From an uncultured Alphaproteobacteria bacterium (lineage in GTDB: Bacteria > Pseudomonadota > Alphaproteobacteria > UBA7985): a DNA stretch of 64,000 bases. Below are positions 27,989-37,967 of this stretch, piece after piece. Both the position numbers and the translations under genes were made by a program. The notes beneath the pieces were generated by a model. It searched no databases and had not been told where the DNA came from. It saw only the letters and a list, made by a program, of their open reading frames with translations. Location: NCBI GenBank assembly GCA_905479265.1, contig CAJQLX010000004.1, positions 4,548 through 68,547 on the forward strand. Reading direction: 5' to 3'. Within the stretch, counting starts at the first letter, position 1; the number at the start of each line of letters is the position of its first letter.

Positions 27989-29524
27989 TCAGCTTTCGGG
28001 CGGAGCGCCGCCTTGGGCCGTGCGCCGATCGATGAAGGCCTTGAGCGCTTCCTCCCTGGCACCGTCCACTGATGGGCCTTGGGCCGAGCTGACGATGTTC
28101 TTCCAGACCGCTGTTGCGCGATGATTGGCATCCATACTGCCGCGCTCGGTCCACGTGCCGAAGTTGGCGTAGTCATGGACGATGGGTTGATAGAACTCCG
28201 TATTGTAGCGCGCCATGGTCTGGGAAGAGGCAAAGAAATGCCCCTGTGGCTCGACTTCCTGAATGGCATTGGCATAGCCAATCTCGTCGGTTCCGGCCTG
28301 TGCCCCAGCGCACAACTCCGCAATCATGTTCAACACTTCAACGTCCGTTACCAGTTTCTCGAACGAGACGGTCAAGCCGCCTTCGATCCAGCCTGCAGCG
28401 TGAATGACGACGCTCGCCCCGGCCATCAAACACCCCCACAGCCCCATCTGGTTCTCATTCGCCGCCTGTACGTCGTTCACGTTGGACGCAGAACCCGCCG
28501 CCGATCGCCACGGCAAACCAATGTGCCGGGCGAGCTGTCCAGCGGCCAAAGACGCCTGAAAATGCGCTGGTGTGCCAAACGCCGGTGCGCCGGATTTGAT
28601 ATCGACGTTGGAGGTAAAGGTGCCGTAGCACACGGGCGCACCGGGGTTGGTGAGCTGTGTCAGCACAATCGCGGCCAGCGCCTCGGCGTGGCTGAGTGTG
28701 ATCGATCCCGCCACAGTAATCGGTGCCATCGCCCCCATCAGGGTAAACGGCGTCACAATCGACATCTGCCCATAGCGGGCAAAGTCGATCAGCCCTTGCG
28801 CCATTGGAATATCCAGCGTGCGGGGCGAGTTTGTGTTGATGATGGTGTAGCAGTGCGGCCCAGCGCGGAAATCGTCATCGCTCAGCCCACGAAAATCGCG
28901 GATCATCTCGAAGCAATCCATCACCTGTGGCGTCCCGCGGGAGAAGATGAAGGGAAATTTGTCCGTATGGGTCATCTGGGCGTGGGTGGTGAAGTAGTGA
29001 CGAAGGTGATTGTCCACGTCTTGGGGTTCAACCTGCGGCGAGATCATTTGCAGCACATCAAAGTGATGCGTCAGCTTGAGGTAATCGATGTAATCGGCCG
29101 CAGACCCCGCCCGGCGACCACGCTCTAAATCTGTGGCATAGGGCGCGCCTGCGCCCGCCTGAAACACCAGCGACCCCAATTCCAACACAAAATCGCGCTT
29201 TCGATCCCCGGCGCGGCACGGAATCGATTTGGGGGCGGTGGCCAAGGCAGCTTCGACCATTTCGCGGCCAATGTGGACCATTTGCGCGCCTTCATCGACC
29301 TTAGCGCCGCCCGCCGCAAACAGCTTGCGCGCCTCGGGCAGCAGGACTTTCATGCCCATCTCTTCCAGCATCCGCAGCGCGGTTTCGTGCATGTTTTGGA
29401 TCTCGTCAGCGGAGAAGACATCCATGCTGGGAAACGGGTTGCGCAATTGGCGATAATTGACATCGCGCGTCACGGGCTGACCAACGGACGAGGCTGGACG
29501 CCCGCCGCGACGGCGCCGCGTCAT
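27989..29524 (-). CDS. Trimethylamine methyltransferase (MttB) superfamily, non-pyrrolysine member
   Basis: Arg-rich N-terminus, INTNSP, TPFTLMGAMAPIT.AG, TSNVD.KSGAPAFGTP, HAAGWIEGGL. No in-frame TAG. Confidence 0.9.
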   Translation of the reverse strand: MTRRRRGGRPASSVGQPVTRDVNYRQLRNPFPSMDVFSADEIQNMHETALRMLEEMGMKVLLPEARKLFAAGGAKVDEGAQMVHIGREMVEAALATAPKSIPCRAGDRKRDFVLELGSLVFQAGAGAPYATDLERGRRAGSAADYIDYLKLTHHFDVLQMISPQVEPQDVDNHLRHYFTTHAQMTHTDKFPFIFSRGTPQVMDCFEMIRDFRGLSDDDFRAGPHCYTIINTNSPRTLDIPMAQGLIDFARYGQMSIVTPFTLMGAMAPITVAGSITLSHAEALAAIVLTQLTNPGAPVCYGTFTSNVDIKSGAPAFGTPAHFQASLAAGQLARHIGLPWRSAAGSASNVNDVQAANENQMGLWGCLMAGASVVIHAAGWIEGGLTVSFEKLVTDVEVLNMIAELCAGAQAGTDEIGYANAIQEVEPQGHFFASSQTMARYNTEFYQPIVHDYANFGTWTERGSMDANHRATAVWKNIVSSAQGPSVDGAREEALKAFIDRRTAQGGAPPES

Positions 29525-29664
29525 GCGACCCCCTTGGCGCGCATGGCCTTGCCGGTGGGATCGCAAGTTGAGGCTGAAATCACGGTTGCGGAGCCTTCCA
29601 TCGCCCCATTTCGGTTAATCATGGACATGGCCAGCGATTTTCCAGCCGCGAACAGAGCAATGCG
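29521..29664 (-). pseudogene. Probable C-terminal remnant of a GcvT/dimethylglycine-dehydrogenase-type gene
   Basis: Minus-strand frame reads AAGKSLAMSMINRNGAMEGSATVISASTCDPTGKAMRAKGVA*. Its TGA overlaps the mttB ATG, and stop codons lie immediately upstream. Confidence 0.5.
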
Positions 29665-29838
29665 TTAAACCCAGGTTCACGCCTATCCAGCCCTTTGTCC
29701 GTCGGCCGTCGCCCACCGACCAAAATCACCACACGATCATGCGAATTCAACGGCCGCTCCCCCTTCTAAACCTGTGCGTTCCTTAGCTAGAACAGCGTTG
29801 GACACTTCTGTCCATAGATCAATGGAGGCGGAGAGGGT

Positions 29839-31128
29839 TCAGCGCGATCGCCGCCGCTTGCGCTGGATGGCGCGGTTTCGGCCATCAACGATCATGAAGG
29901 CCTTAAAGACCGAAAACGTCTCGTTCGCCGCGCCGCGTGTCCCCAGCAGCCAGATTTGTTGATAGAACCAATAGGTGCCGGAAAAGCCATCGATGGTTTT
30001 GACCAGATTGGACCGCCGCAACCAGCCCAGCCAAGACGGGATCAAGCCCAACCCGGTTTCATAGCGCGGCAAGACCTCAGCACCATCGAGCAGCGCGTTC
30101 GGCGCGTCGGTCATCAGGCACAGCGGACGCGCCAAGCCGATCGCATCGGTTGCGCCCATCTGCAAAGCCTGCTCCATCGCATCCCGCCGCCGGAACCCTC
30201 CTGTGACCATCAGCGGAATGTTCACATGCGCCTGCATCGCCGTACCAAAATCGACGAAGTATGCTTCTCGCGCCGCGGTCGAGGCAGCGACGTTTTGATC
30301 GGTCACCGGCTCAATGCCTTCGAGCGTTAAGAAACGCGGCTGCTCATAGGTGCCGCCGGAGATTTCGATGAGATCAACCGACGCCGCTTCGAGCCATTGG
30401 ACGACCTGCAAGCTGTCGGAAAACTCAAACCCGCCTTTTTGGAAATCCGCGCTGTTTAGCTTGACCGAAATCGGAAACGATGGCCCAACCGCCGCTCGCG
30501 TCGCAGCGACGATTTCCAGCAGGAACCGCGCCCGGTTCTCTAAACTGCCGCCATAGCCGTCTGTGCGCTGATTGATCAGCGGAGAGAGAAACTGGCTGAT
30601 GAGATAGCCATGCGCCCCGTGGATCTGCACACCCGTAAAACCGGCATCCTGAACAGCCTTCGCCGCCGTTGCCCAGCGCTCAACCAAGTCCGTGATCTCC
30701 GACAGCTCCAGCGGCGTTGGCCGCGCAAAAAAGCCGCCGGGCACCCGCAACCTCACGTCCGAGGAAGACTTTGGCCGCCGATTGACGTTGGATTGCGTTT
30801 GCCGTCCACCGTGACTGATCTGCGCCCACAAATGGTTCCCATTCCGCGTCCCTGCGTCCGCCCAACGCTTGAGCCGCGCGGCCATGTCGGGGTCTGGGAC
30901 ACGGTCGATGATCACGTTTCCGGGCCGCTCAAGGTGATCGGCGCACACCATCACGTTTCCCGTGATCAGCGCCCCCGCCCCACCATCAGACCACAGGCCA
31001 TAGAGCCGTTCGAGCTCTGGGGTTGGCCGACCATCCGGTGTGGCCAGTCCTTCGGTCATCGCGGCCTTTATCATCCGGTTTGGCAGCACTGCCCCGCATG
31101 GTAATGCCAGCGAACTTCCCAATGTCAT
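29839..31128 (-). CDS. NADH:flavin oxidoreductase (Old Yellow Enzyme family)
   Basis: NRMIKAAMTE, QISHGGRQ, QIHGAHGYLISQFLSP..NQRTDGYGGSLENRARF, EISGGTYE. Confidence 0.92.
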   Translation of the reverse strand: MTLGSSLALPCGAVLPNRMIKAAMTEGLATPDGRPTPELERLYGLWSDGGAGALITGNVMVCADHLERPGNVIIDRVPDPDMAARLKRWADAGTRNGNHLWAQISHGGRQTQSNVNRRPKSSSDVRLRVPGGFFARPTPLELSEITDLVERWATAAKAVQDAGFTGVQIHGAHGYLISQFLSPLINQRTDGYGGSLENRARFLLEIVAATRAAVGPSFPISVKLNSADFQKGGFEFSDSLQVVQWLEAASVDLIEISGGTYEQPRFLTLEGIEPVTDQNVAASTAAREAYFVDFGTAMQAHVNIPLMVTGGFRRRDAMEQALQMGATDAIGLARPLCLMTDAPNALLDGAEVLPRYETGLGLIPSWLGWLRRSNLVKTIDGFSGTYWFYQQIWLLGTRGAANETFSVFKAFMIVDGRNRAIQRKRRRSR

Positions 31129-31312
31129 ACTCACGCGCCCGGCTTCCTCTGCGACTAGACCCTTGCACCCTATTGGGGCTGACAATAGCAATTTTCCCAC
31201 CGTTCTATCACCTTCTCTTTCACCGCTACAGCAAAGCACCTTGCGCGTAAGGGCTGGATGGTGACACTAGGGGGAATGAGCGTGGTCTTGAGCGGAGCAA
31301 ACAGTATTTCCT

Positions 31313-32599
31313 ATGTCTGACGTTTCTCAATCTGTCCTGATTGTTGGCGGTGGTATTGCCGGGCTTTCAACGGCCTTGACGCTCCACCAGCTTGGCATCC
31401 CTTGCCGCGTGTTTGAATCGGCTGAAGAACCGCGTCCGCTGGGGGTTGGCATTAACATCCAACCCAACGCCGTGCGTGAGCTGTTGGCGCTTGGCATCAC
31501 CGAAGCGGAACTGGACGCCATCGGCATTCAATCGCGCGAATGGGCGCTGGTGGGGCTTAATGGCAATGACATTTACGCGGAACCAAGGGGGTTGCTCGCC
31601 GGGTACAAATGGCCGCAATACGCCGCCCATCGTGGTGAGCTGCAAATGCTGCTGTATCGCAAAGTGCTCGAACGCCTTGGCCCAGATGCGGTTCTGACCG
31701 GGCATCAAGGCATAGGCTTTACCCAGAACGACGACGCCACCATCACCGCGCATTTCAACACCCGGCCCAGCGGTGAAAGCGCGTCTTATACCGGAAAGCT
31801 GCTGATCGGCGCGGACGGCATTCACTCCGCCATTCGCGCGCAAATGCACCCCGACCAGCCGCCTATCCATTGGGGCGGCACCATCATGTGGCGCGGGGTG
31901 ACGCGGGCCAAGGCTGCGCGGACAGGTTCCACATTTTTGGGCTTGGGCACCGAAGACCGGCGCTTGGTGATCTACCCGATCAGCCAGCCGGACGAAAATG
32001 GCCTGTCGCTGATCAACTGGATCGCAGAAATACGGAACGTGTCTGAGGAAGACTGGCAGAAAACGGGCTGGTTCAGCGAAGTCGCCATCACCGACTTTTT
32101 GCACTATTTTACCGACATGAAATACGACTGGCTGGACGTGCCCGGGCTGATTTCCCAAGGCACGGTGGCCTATGAAAACCCCATGATCGACCGTGACCCG
32201 ATCAGCACGTGGGCCAGTGGTTCTGCGCTCGTGCTGGGGGATGCCGCACACCCCATGTATCCCACGGGCTCCAATGGGGCCTCCCAAGCCATCGTTGACG
32301 CCCGCAACATCGGTGCCTGCTTGCTCCAGCACGGCTTGACCCCCGCGGCGCTGACGGCGTTTGACGAAGCCTTCAATGGACCGGTCAACGACGTGGTTCT
32401 GCGCAATCGCGGCGATGGTCCCTTTGGCCTGCTTGGGTTGGTTGAGGAGCGCTGTGGCGGTGTATTTGACGATATCAACACCGTGCTTGCAGAAGAAGAG
32501 CGCACCGCCTTTATGAAGCGCTACCAAACCGCCGCCGGTTTTGCCCGCGATGCCCTCAACAGCACCCCGCCCATCATCCCGGCCGATCAGTACAGTTAA
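31313..32599 (+). CDS. Group A flavoprotein monooxygenase (PhzS/salicylate hydroxylase-like)
   Basis: GGGIAG, LGVGINIQP, IGADGIHS (DG motif), LGDAAHPMYP.GSNG (GD motif). Confidence 0.88.
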   Translation: MSDVSQSVLIVGGGIAGLSTALTLHQLGIPCRVFESAEEPRPLGVGINIQPNAVRELLALGITEAELDAIGIQSREWALVGLNGNDIYAEPRGLLAGYKWPQYAAHRGELQMLLYRKVLERLGPDAVLTGHQGIGFTQNDDATITAHFNTRPSGESASYTGKLLIGADGIHSAIRAQMHPDQPPIHWGGTIMWRGVTRAKAARTGSTFLGLGTEDRRLVIYPISQPDENGLSLINWIAEIRNVSEEDWQKTGWFSEVAITDFLHYFTDMKYDWLDVPGLISQGTVAYENPMIDRDPISTWASGSALVLGDAAHPMYPTGSNGASQAIVDARNIGACLLQHGLTPAALTAFDEAFNGPVNDVVLRNRGDGPFGLLGLVEERCGGVFDDINTVLAEEERTAFMKRYQTAAGFARDALNSTPPIIPADQYS

Positions 32600-32612
32600 G
32601 GAAAAACGCCCC

Positions 32613-33692
32613 ATGTCGGACACGCTAAAAAGCCAGATTGCCGAGCAGTTTGGAACCCCTTGCATGGTGATCGACATGGACCGGGTTGAGGCCAACATTG
32701 CACGCGCCCAAGCGCTCTGCGATGCCGCTGGCGTGGCAAACCGCCCGCATATCAAAACCCACAAATCCCCCATTTTAGCGCAGATGCAGTTGGACGCTGG
32801 CGCCACGGGCATCACCTGTCAAAAGCTCGGTGAGGCCGAAGTCATGGCCGCAGCAGGGATCACCGATATTCTGATCGCAACCAACGTCATTGGTGCTGCG
32901 CGCTCTGGCCGTCTTGCCGCCTTGCAACGCCAGTTGCCGCTCAAGGTTTGTGCCGATAACCCCGTCAGCTTGGATGCCTACTCCAGCGCCGCCCAAGCCG
33001 CCGAGCGCCCCATTGACGTGCTGATTGAGTGCGATACGGGGCTAGAGCGCGCTGGCGTCGAAACCCCGGCTGTAGTCCTGCAGCTCGCCGCACAGATCAA
33101 AAATGATCCGTGGCTAAACTTCGCTGGTTTGCTGTTCTACCCCCCAATCGACGGCTGGCCCGCGACGCAGGTGTTCTTCAATCGCGTGAACCAGGGTTTG
33201 GCCGAACTGGGTCTGCAGCCCACCATCGTCTCGACCGGCGGAACCCCGAACATGGTCAATATGGACCAGCTCGTTGGCGCGACCGAGCACCGCGCTGGAA
33301 CCTGCATCTTTAACGACCGCATGATGATGGCAGCGGGCATGGCGTCGCTCAACGACTGCGCCTTGCATGTTTATACTACCGTGGTCAGCCGTGGCGGCGC
33401 CGCGCGCGGGATTCTCGATGCTGGATCCAAGACCTTAACCAGCGACGCCGGTGGGCTGGACGGCTACGGCCTGCTGCTGGAATACCCCAACGCCCGCATC
33501 CACAAATTCGCCGAAGAGCACGGTTTTCTCGATCTTTCGGACTGCGATCCCCGGCCAGCGGTGGGCGAGATTGTTCGCGTCGTACCGAACCACGTGTGCG
33601 TGGTGGTGAACATGGTGGATCAACTGGTCATGGTGCGGGGGGACACGATTGTGGATGTGTTGCCCGTTGCAGCGCGCGGTCTGCTGGTCTGA
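32613..33692 (+). CDS. PLP fold III enzyme, D-threonine aldolase / D-serine dehydratase family
   Basis: RPHIKTHK (PLP Lys), CQKLGEAE, GGTP, DAGSKTL, EEHG, PNHVC. Confidence 0.9.
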   Translation: MSDTLKSQIAEQFGTPCMVIDMDRVEANIARAQALCDAAGVANRPHIKTHKSPILAQMQLDAGATGITCQKLGEAEVMAAAGITDILIATNVIGAARSGRLAALQRQLPLKVCADNPVSLDAYSSAAQAAERPIDVLIECDTGLERAGVETPAVVLQLAAQIKNDPWLNFAGLLFYPPIDGWPATQVFFNRVNQGLAELGLQPTIVSTGGTPNMVNMDQLVGATEHRAGTCIFNDRMMMAAGMASLNDCALHVYTTVVSRGGAARGILDAGSKTLTSDAGGLDGYGLLLEYPNARIHKFAEEHGFLDLSDCDPRPAVGEIVRVVPNHVCVVVNMVDQLVMVRGDTIVDVLPVAARGLLV

Positions 33693-33782
33693 GGCGTCGA
33701 TTTCATTGGTTGTGGCACTAGCCCTCCCCCTGCGACGATCTAACTCAGTGCTGAGACATTTGTAAGGTTGAGGATCCCCACC

Positions 33783-34781
33783 ATGAAACGACTTTCGCCG
33801 CTTTGGATGACCTTTTGGATTGCGGTGGGCCTGTCGGTTCTTGCGACGCTTTCAATTCTCTTGCTCAACCCCATCCTGCGGCAGGTCGAGTTGCTGCCCG
33901 ATCAAGGTGCAGCTTGGTACTACTGGAAACTGCCCGAGCCGAGTTTCTGGACCCGTGCCACCGCCTGGGGCTTCTATCTGGCGCATCAGGTGTTCTTTTG
34001 GGGGTTGATCCGCTGGGCGGTTAAGAACCGGGACACCTTACGGAACCGTGGAATCATGCATCCGGTCAACTGGATCGGGTTGGCCGGAACCGGCTTTTTT
34101 GTCGCCCTACACTACCTTCAAACCGCCTTTTGGTATGACGGCCTCGCGCAGGATACGTCGGTTTTCTCCTCTCAGATTTCTGTGATTTTCCTGCTGGTCA
34201 TCGTACTGATTATGGAGGCACCGCGCCGGGGTATCGTCTTTGGTGTGGGCGGAAAATGGCTGGCGCCAGCGCGTCAGTGGCTCATTCGCTACCACGGCTA
34301 TTACTTCGCGTGGGCCGTGGTCTACACCTACTGGTTTCACCCCATGGAAACCACGCCGGGCCATTTGCTCGGGTTCCTTTACACCTTCCTGCTGCTGCTC
34401 CAAGGCGCATTTGTGTTCACGCGGGTTCATACAAACAAGTGGTGGACAGCCGTGCTGGAAGTCTCCGTCCTGATCCACGGCGTTACCGTTGCCTTGGTCG
34501 CCGGACAGGAGTTCTGGCCCATGTTCTTCTTTGGCTTCGCCGCCCTGTTCGTTGTCACGCAAATGCACGGGCTCGGTTTGCCGCGCTGGGTGCATTGGGT
34601 GGTCTACACCGCGTTTGTGGGTGGGATTTGGGCTGTCTATTCCGACCGGGGATGGGGCAACGTGAATGAAGTCTTCCGCATCCCCATCATCGATTATGGC
34701 CTCGTGGTCGTTCTGGGCGGCGCGCTGGTGCTTGTCCTGTGGCTCATTCGCCGCCGACGCCAGCGCGCGAAGTCGCCCTAA
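33783..34781 (+). CDS. Multi-pass membrane protein of unknown function, rich in His, Trp and Tyr
   Basis: About 9-10 hydrophobic segments with several His in or next to helices. GAGG RBS before ATG 33783. Confidence 0.75.
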   Translation: MKRLSPLWMTFWIAVGLSVLATLSILLLNPILRQVELLPDQGAAWYYWKLPEPSFWTRATAWGFYLAHQVFFWGLIRWAVKNRDTLRNRGIMHPVNWIGLAGTGFFVALHYLQTAFWYDGLAQDTSVFSSQISVIFLLVIVLIMEAPRRGIVFGVGGKWLAPARQWLIRYHGYYFAWAVVYTYWFHPMETTPGHLLGFLYTFLLLLQGAFVFTRVHTNKWWTAVLEVSVLIHGVTVALVAGQEFWPMFFFGFAALFVVTQMHGLGLPRWVHWVVYTAFVGGIWAVYSDRGWGNVNEVFRIPIIDYGLVVVLGGALVLVLWLIRRRRQRAKSP

Positions 34782-35653
34782 GCGGCCTCGGTGCCGCTGC
34801 CTTCCTGCTGGGCAAAAAATGACGTGCCCTTGGGCACTTCGGGCAATTCCATTTCGTAACTTGAACAGCGAACGCGCCCTGTTTCCACACCACTGACCAG
34901 CTCATGCGTCAGTGTGCTCGGCAGCGCGTTCGGGCTCAGCTCGCGCGCGTCTTCGGCGTAATATGTGGTGATGTACAGCGTGCGGGAACTGTCGGACAGG
35001 TTCGGCGCAGACCCATGCAGCAGGCTCGAATGCATCAGGCAAACCGACCCCGCCTTTCCCACGCAAGGGACGACCTTGTCGCCATGTTCATCCATCACGC
35101 TATCGGCCACAGCCCCCGTAAATCGCCCCCCGTGCCAATGGGTGTAAAGCGGCCCTTTGTGAGAGCCGGGAACGACCTCCAACGGGCCATTTTCCAGCGT
35201 CACGTCATCAATAAACAGCAAGCACGTAATGATGTCGTCGTTGGTCATGGGCTGGAAGTTAAAATCCTGATGGAACAGCACCTTTGTCGCGGTCCCGGGC
35301 AGCTTGGAATTCACTTTGCCGTGGTGAAAACGCAAGTTCGGGCCGATCAAATCACCCACCACCTCAACCGTCCGCGCTGACCGCATCACAGAGGCAAAAA
35401 CCTCCGATACTTCCTCGGGTGATTGCACGCGGCGCAGGCCGGGAGTTGCAGCGCTGTGACCGGGCTGCAGATCAAAGCGCTTTCGACCGTCCAGCGTCTC
35501 GCCATAGTCCTCGTCATGCTGGCGGCTGTCCTCAACCCATTGGTCAAACGTCGCGCGCAAGGCGGACAGTTGCTGGGGGGTCACGGCGTCTTCGACCACC
35601 AGCACCCCATCCCGCCAAAAAGCGTCATACTGTTCCGCAGTGAGCGTCTTCAT
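34778..35653 (-). CDS. PhyH-family Fe(II)/2-oxoglutarate dioxygenase
   Basis: FHQD (HxD), ENGPLEVVPGSHKG, LLHGSAPN...SR. Confidence 0.9.
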   Translation of the reverse strand: MKTLTAEQYDAFWRDGVLVVEDAVTPQQLSALRATFDQWVEDSRQHDEDYGETLDGRKRFDLQPGHSAATPGLRRVQSPEEVSEVFASVMRSARTVEVVGDLIGPNLRFHHGKVNSKLPGTATKVLFHQDFNFQPMTNDDIITCLLFIDDVTLENGPLEVVPGSHKGPLYTHWHGGRFTGAVADSVMDEHGDKVVPCVGKAGSVCLMHSSLLHGSAPNLSDSSRTLYITTYYAEDARELSPNALPSTLTHELVSGVETGRVRCSSYEMELPEVPKGTSFFAQQEGSGTEAA

Positions 35654-35726
35654 CTGATCCAACTCCAGTCCAACGAGAAAACATCTTCTGGATCAAATTT
35701 ATGCTGAGAAAACGAGCTGTCTTCGG

Positions 35727-36734
35727 TCAGAGCGACGTCGTTTGATTACGCAATAGCACGTCCACGCCCTGTTGCTGCATAAAGTGCAGCATATCGATGA
35801 AGATCCAGTTTTCGGCGAGCTTATCATCGCCCCGCCGATACAAATCGATCACCCGAAATTCGAGGGTCTTTTCACTGCCGGGCAAGCCCATGAAACCGCC
35901 CGTGTGCGTTGCGCGAAAGTTTGGCCAGCCGAAAAAGCCGCCATAGGCGCCTTCAGCCATCCGGCAAACATGGCCCGTGCCAGAGCGGTTGGCAAACGAA
36001 GCGCGGAATGGGCCGGAGTGCTGCTTGGCGTAGCGCTCAATCGTATAGGTCGCCCCAACCCCTGTTGGCCCCCACCACAGCATGTCGTCTTGCCACGTCT
36101 GTGCCAGCTCCTCCTCCAACGGCAGCGGGTTGTCCCACTGCCCCAGATCGCTAATCATTGCATTGATCGCCGCCAGCGTCGCCACGCCCTCGCTTGGTTC
36201 GGCGTCCGCGAACAGCAAGCCGTCGTGTGTCAGGGGGCCGGGTTGAATCAGTTGCGCGCCGGTTTGCGGCGGGAATGGGTTTTGCCCGGCCTGCGCCATC
36301 AGGTGCGGCAAGTCGAAGTAAAAGGCGACTTCCGCAATCTTCCCCTCTTGAACCCGCAGGAACTCGGCGTAACGCAACATGCCGATTTTGCCCGTGGGCC
36401 GAATGCCCAGCAGCGGTGCATCAAACAAGCCCATCAAATGCCCCATCGATGCGACCCAGACCGAGCCGTCGCTCTGGTCGGTCAGGCTGTTTTGGCCGGC
36501 AAAGAAGATATCCATGCGCCGCTGCATCCGCGTCAGGCTGGTTTTCAACGGCGTCCAGACCGTTTCTGCGACGTGCGCCGGATCACCGCGCAACTCACCA
36601 AACGGGTGAAAGGCGCGAAACAGAATATCGGGCGACAAGAAGCGTTCCATGACCGCAGCGGTCTGCGTGGCTGAAGCGTTATCGAGCGCGTCGTAAAAGT
36701 CTAAAACGAGCGTCTTCGCAGGCTGGAAATCCAC
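35727..36734 (-). CDS. SnoaL/NTF2-like (ester cyclase) tandem-domain protein, paralog A
   Basis: Two repeats of the ester-cyclase pattern (LLGIRPTGK...RYAEFLRV; THTGGFMGLP.S.K...RVIDLYR...ENW). AAGGGAG RBS before GTG 36734. Confidence 0.8.
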   Translation of the reverse strand: MDFQPAKTLVLDFYDALDNASATQTAAVMERFLSPDILFRAFHPFGELRGDPAHVAETVWTPLKTSLTRMQRRMDIFFAGQNSLTDQSDGSVWVASMGHLMGLFDAPLLGIRPTGKIGMLRYAEFLRVQEGKIAEVAFYFDLPHLMAQAGQNPFPPQTGAQLIQPGPLTHDGLLFADAEPSEGVATLAAINAMISDLGQWDNPLPLEEELAQTWQDDMLWWGPTGVGATYTIERYAKQHSGPFRASFANRSGTGHVCRMAEGAYGGFFGWPNFRATHTGGFMGLPGSEKTLEFRVIDLYRRGDDKLAENWIFIDMLHFMQQQGVDVLLRNQTTSL

Positions 36735-36796
36735 GTCATTCTCCCTTGCGGCTCTCAATAAGGAACCGCGCTGTGGTCGCGTTTATTGGGCAGTGT

Positions 36797-36826
36797 CTGC
36801 ATGCGTATGCAAAATGTCCTTGCCAA
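36797..36826. promoter_or_regulatory. LacI-type operator candidate CTGCATGCGTATGCAA plus downstream TTGCCAA
   Basis: Imperfect palindrome with central CG in a divergent intergenic region. Near-identical site at 41521. Confidence 0.65.
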
Positions 36827-36983
36827 AGCCTTGTGTGCTTGTCCAGAACGCAAACAGTCTTGCGACACGAAAACCTATCACCGACCGCGCTGCATATCCA
36901 AAGTGAATAGCAGGTCAAAGAATAGGAATTTGAACGCTGGCTCGGAAAGCCGGACGATCCGGCCACGATGGAGGGTGCCTTTC

Positions 36984-37967
36984 ATGCACGGGTTTGACGA
37001 GAAATATCAGGATCTGACCGACTATATTCTGAAATGTACCTATCAGATTTGGGAAAGTCGGGAGATCTCGGCGATCGATTGGCACTATGCCAAAGACATC
37101 AAAATCCGCACGCCCTTGGGCTACAGCGAAGGCAACCGCGCTGGCATCACAAACACGATGGAGACGTTGCACGAATTCCCGGATCGCCAACTGTTTGGTG
37201 AGGACGTGATTTGGTCCGAGCACTCGGAATACGGCTATCTCTCCTCCCACCGCATCATCTCCGAAGCGACACATCTGAACCAAGGCATGTTTGGTCCCGC
37301 GAGCGGGAAACGCCTGCGGTTTCGGACGATTGCCGACACCAACTGCATCGCCAATGCCGTACACGAAGAATGGCTGGTGCGGGACGTTGGTGCGATGGCG
37401 CGGCAGATTGGGCTGCATCCGCGCGAAATGGCGGCACAGATGATTGCCGCAGAGGGCGGACCTGCCCACGCCAAACGGCCCTTTTCACCCCAAGACGACA
37501 AACCGGGCGCTTACAAGTCGCGCGGTAATGACAGTGAATGGGGAAAGCGCGCCGGGGACATGATGACCCGCCTGATGAAGGCAGAGTTTTCCGCAGTCAC
37601 CGACAGCTATGATCGCGGCTGTCATTTGGAACATCCCGGCGGGGTTAGCGCACACAGTACGGCGGCGGCTGAAGCCTTTTGGCTGGGCCTGCGCTCGTCG
37701 CTTCCCAATGCGGTATTTGGCATCGATCACGCCATCGGTCGCGAAGACCCCATGATGCCCCCACGCGCCGCGATCCGCTGGCACCTGACCGGAAAGCACG
37801 AAGGCTGGGGCACGCTGGGCGCACCGAGCGGGGCGGAAATCCACGTCATGGCCATCAGCCATTTCGAGTTTGGTCCGCGCGGCATCCGCCGGGAATGGAC
37901 CGTTTATGATGAAGTCGCGGTGTGGAAACAGATCCTGCTGGCTGGAAAGACGGAAACTGCGCGTTGA
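36984..37967 (+). CDS. SnoaL/NTF2-like tandem-domain protein, paralog B1
   Basis: IWE.R, EFPDRQLFGEDVIWS, SSHRI..EATH..GMFGPASGK, EEWLVRD, GKHEGWG.LGAPSG. GGAGG RBS. Confidence 0.8.
   Translation: MHGFDEKYQDLTDYILKCTYQIWESREISAIDWHYAKDIKIRTPLGYSEGNRAGITNTMETLHEFPDRQLFGEDVIWSEHSEYGYLSSHRIISEATHLNQGMFGPASGKRLRFRTIADTNCIANAVHEEWLVRDVGAMARQIGLHPREMAAQMIAAEGGPAHAKRPFSPQDDKPGAYKSRGNDSEWGKRAGDMMTRLMKAEFSAVTDSYDRGCHLEHPGGVSAHSTAAAEAFWLGLRSSLPNAVFGIDHAIGREDPMMPPRAAIRWHLTGKHEGWGTLGAPSGAEIHVMAISHFEFGPRGIRREWTVYDEVAVWKQILLAGKTETAR

Noticed and set aside
31367-32815. 482-aa minus-strand ORF
   Set aside because: Antisense shadow of the flavin monooxygenase and D-TA genes, with no motifs. Expected in GC-rich DNA.
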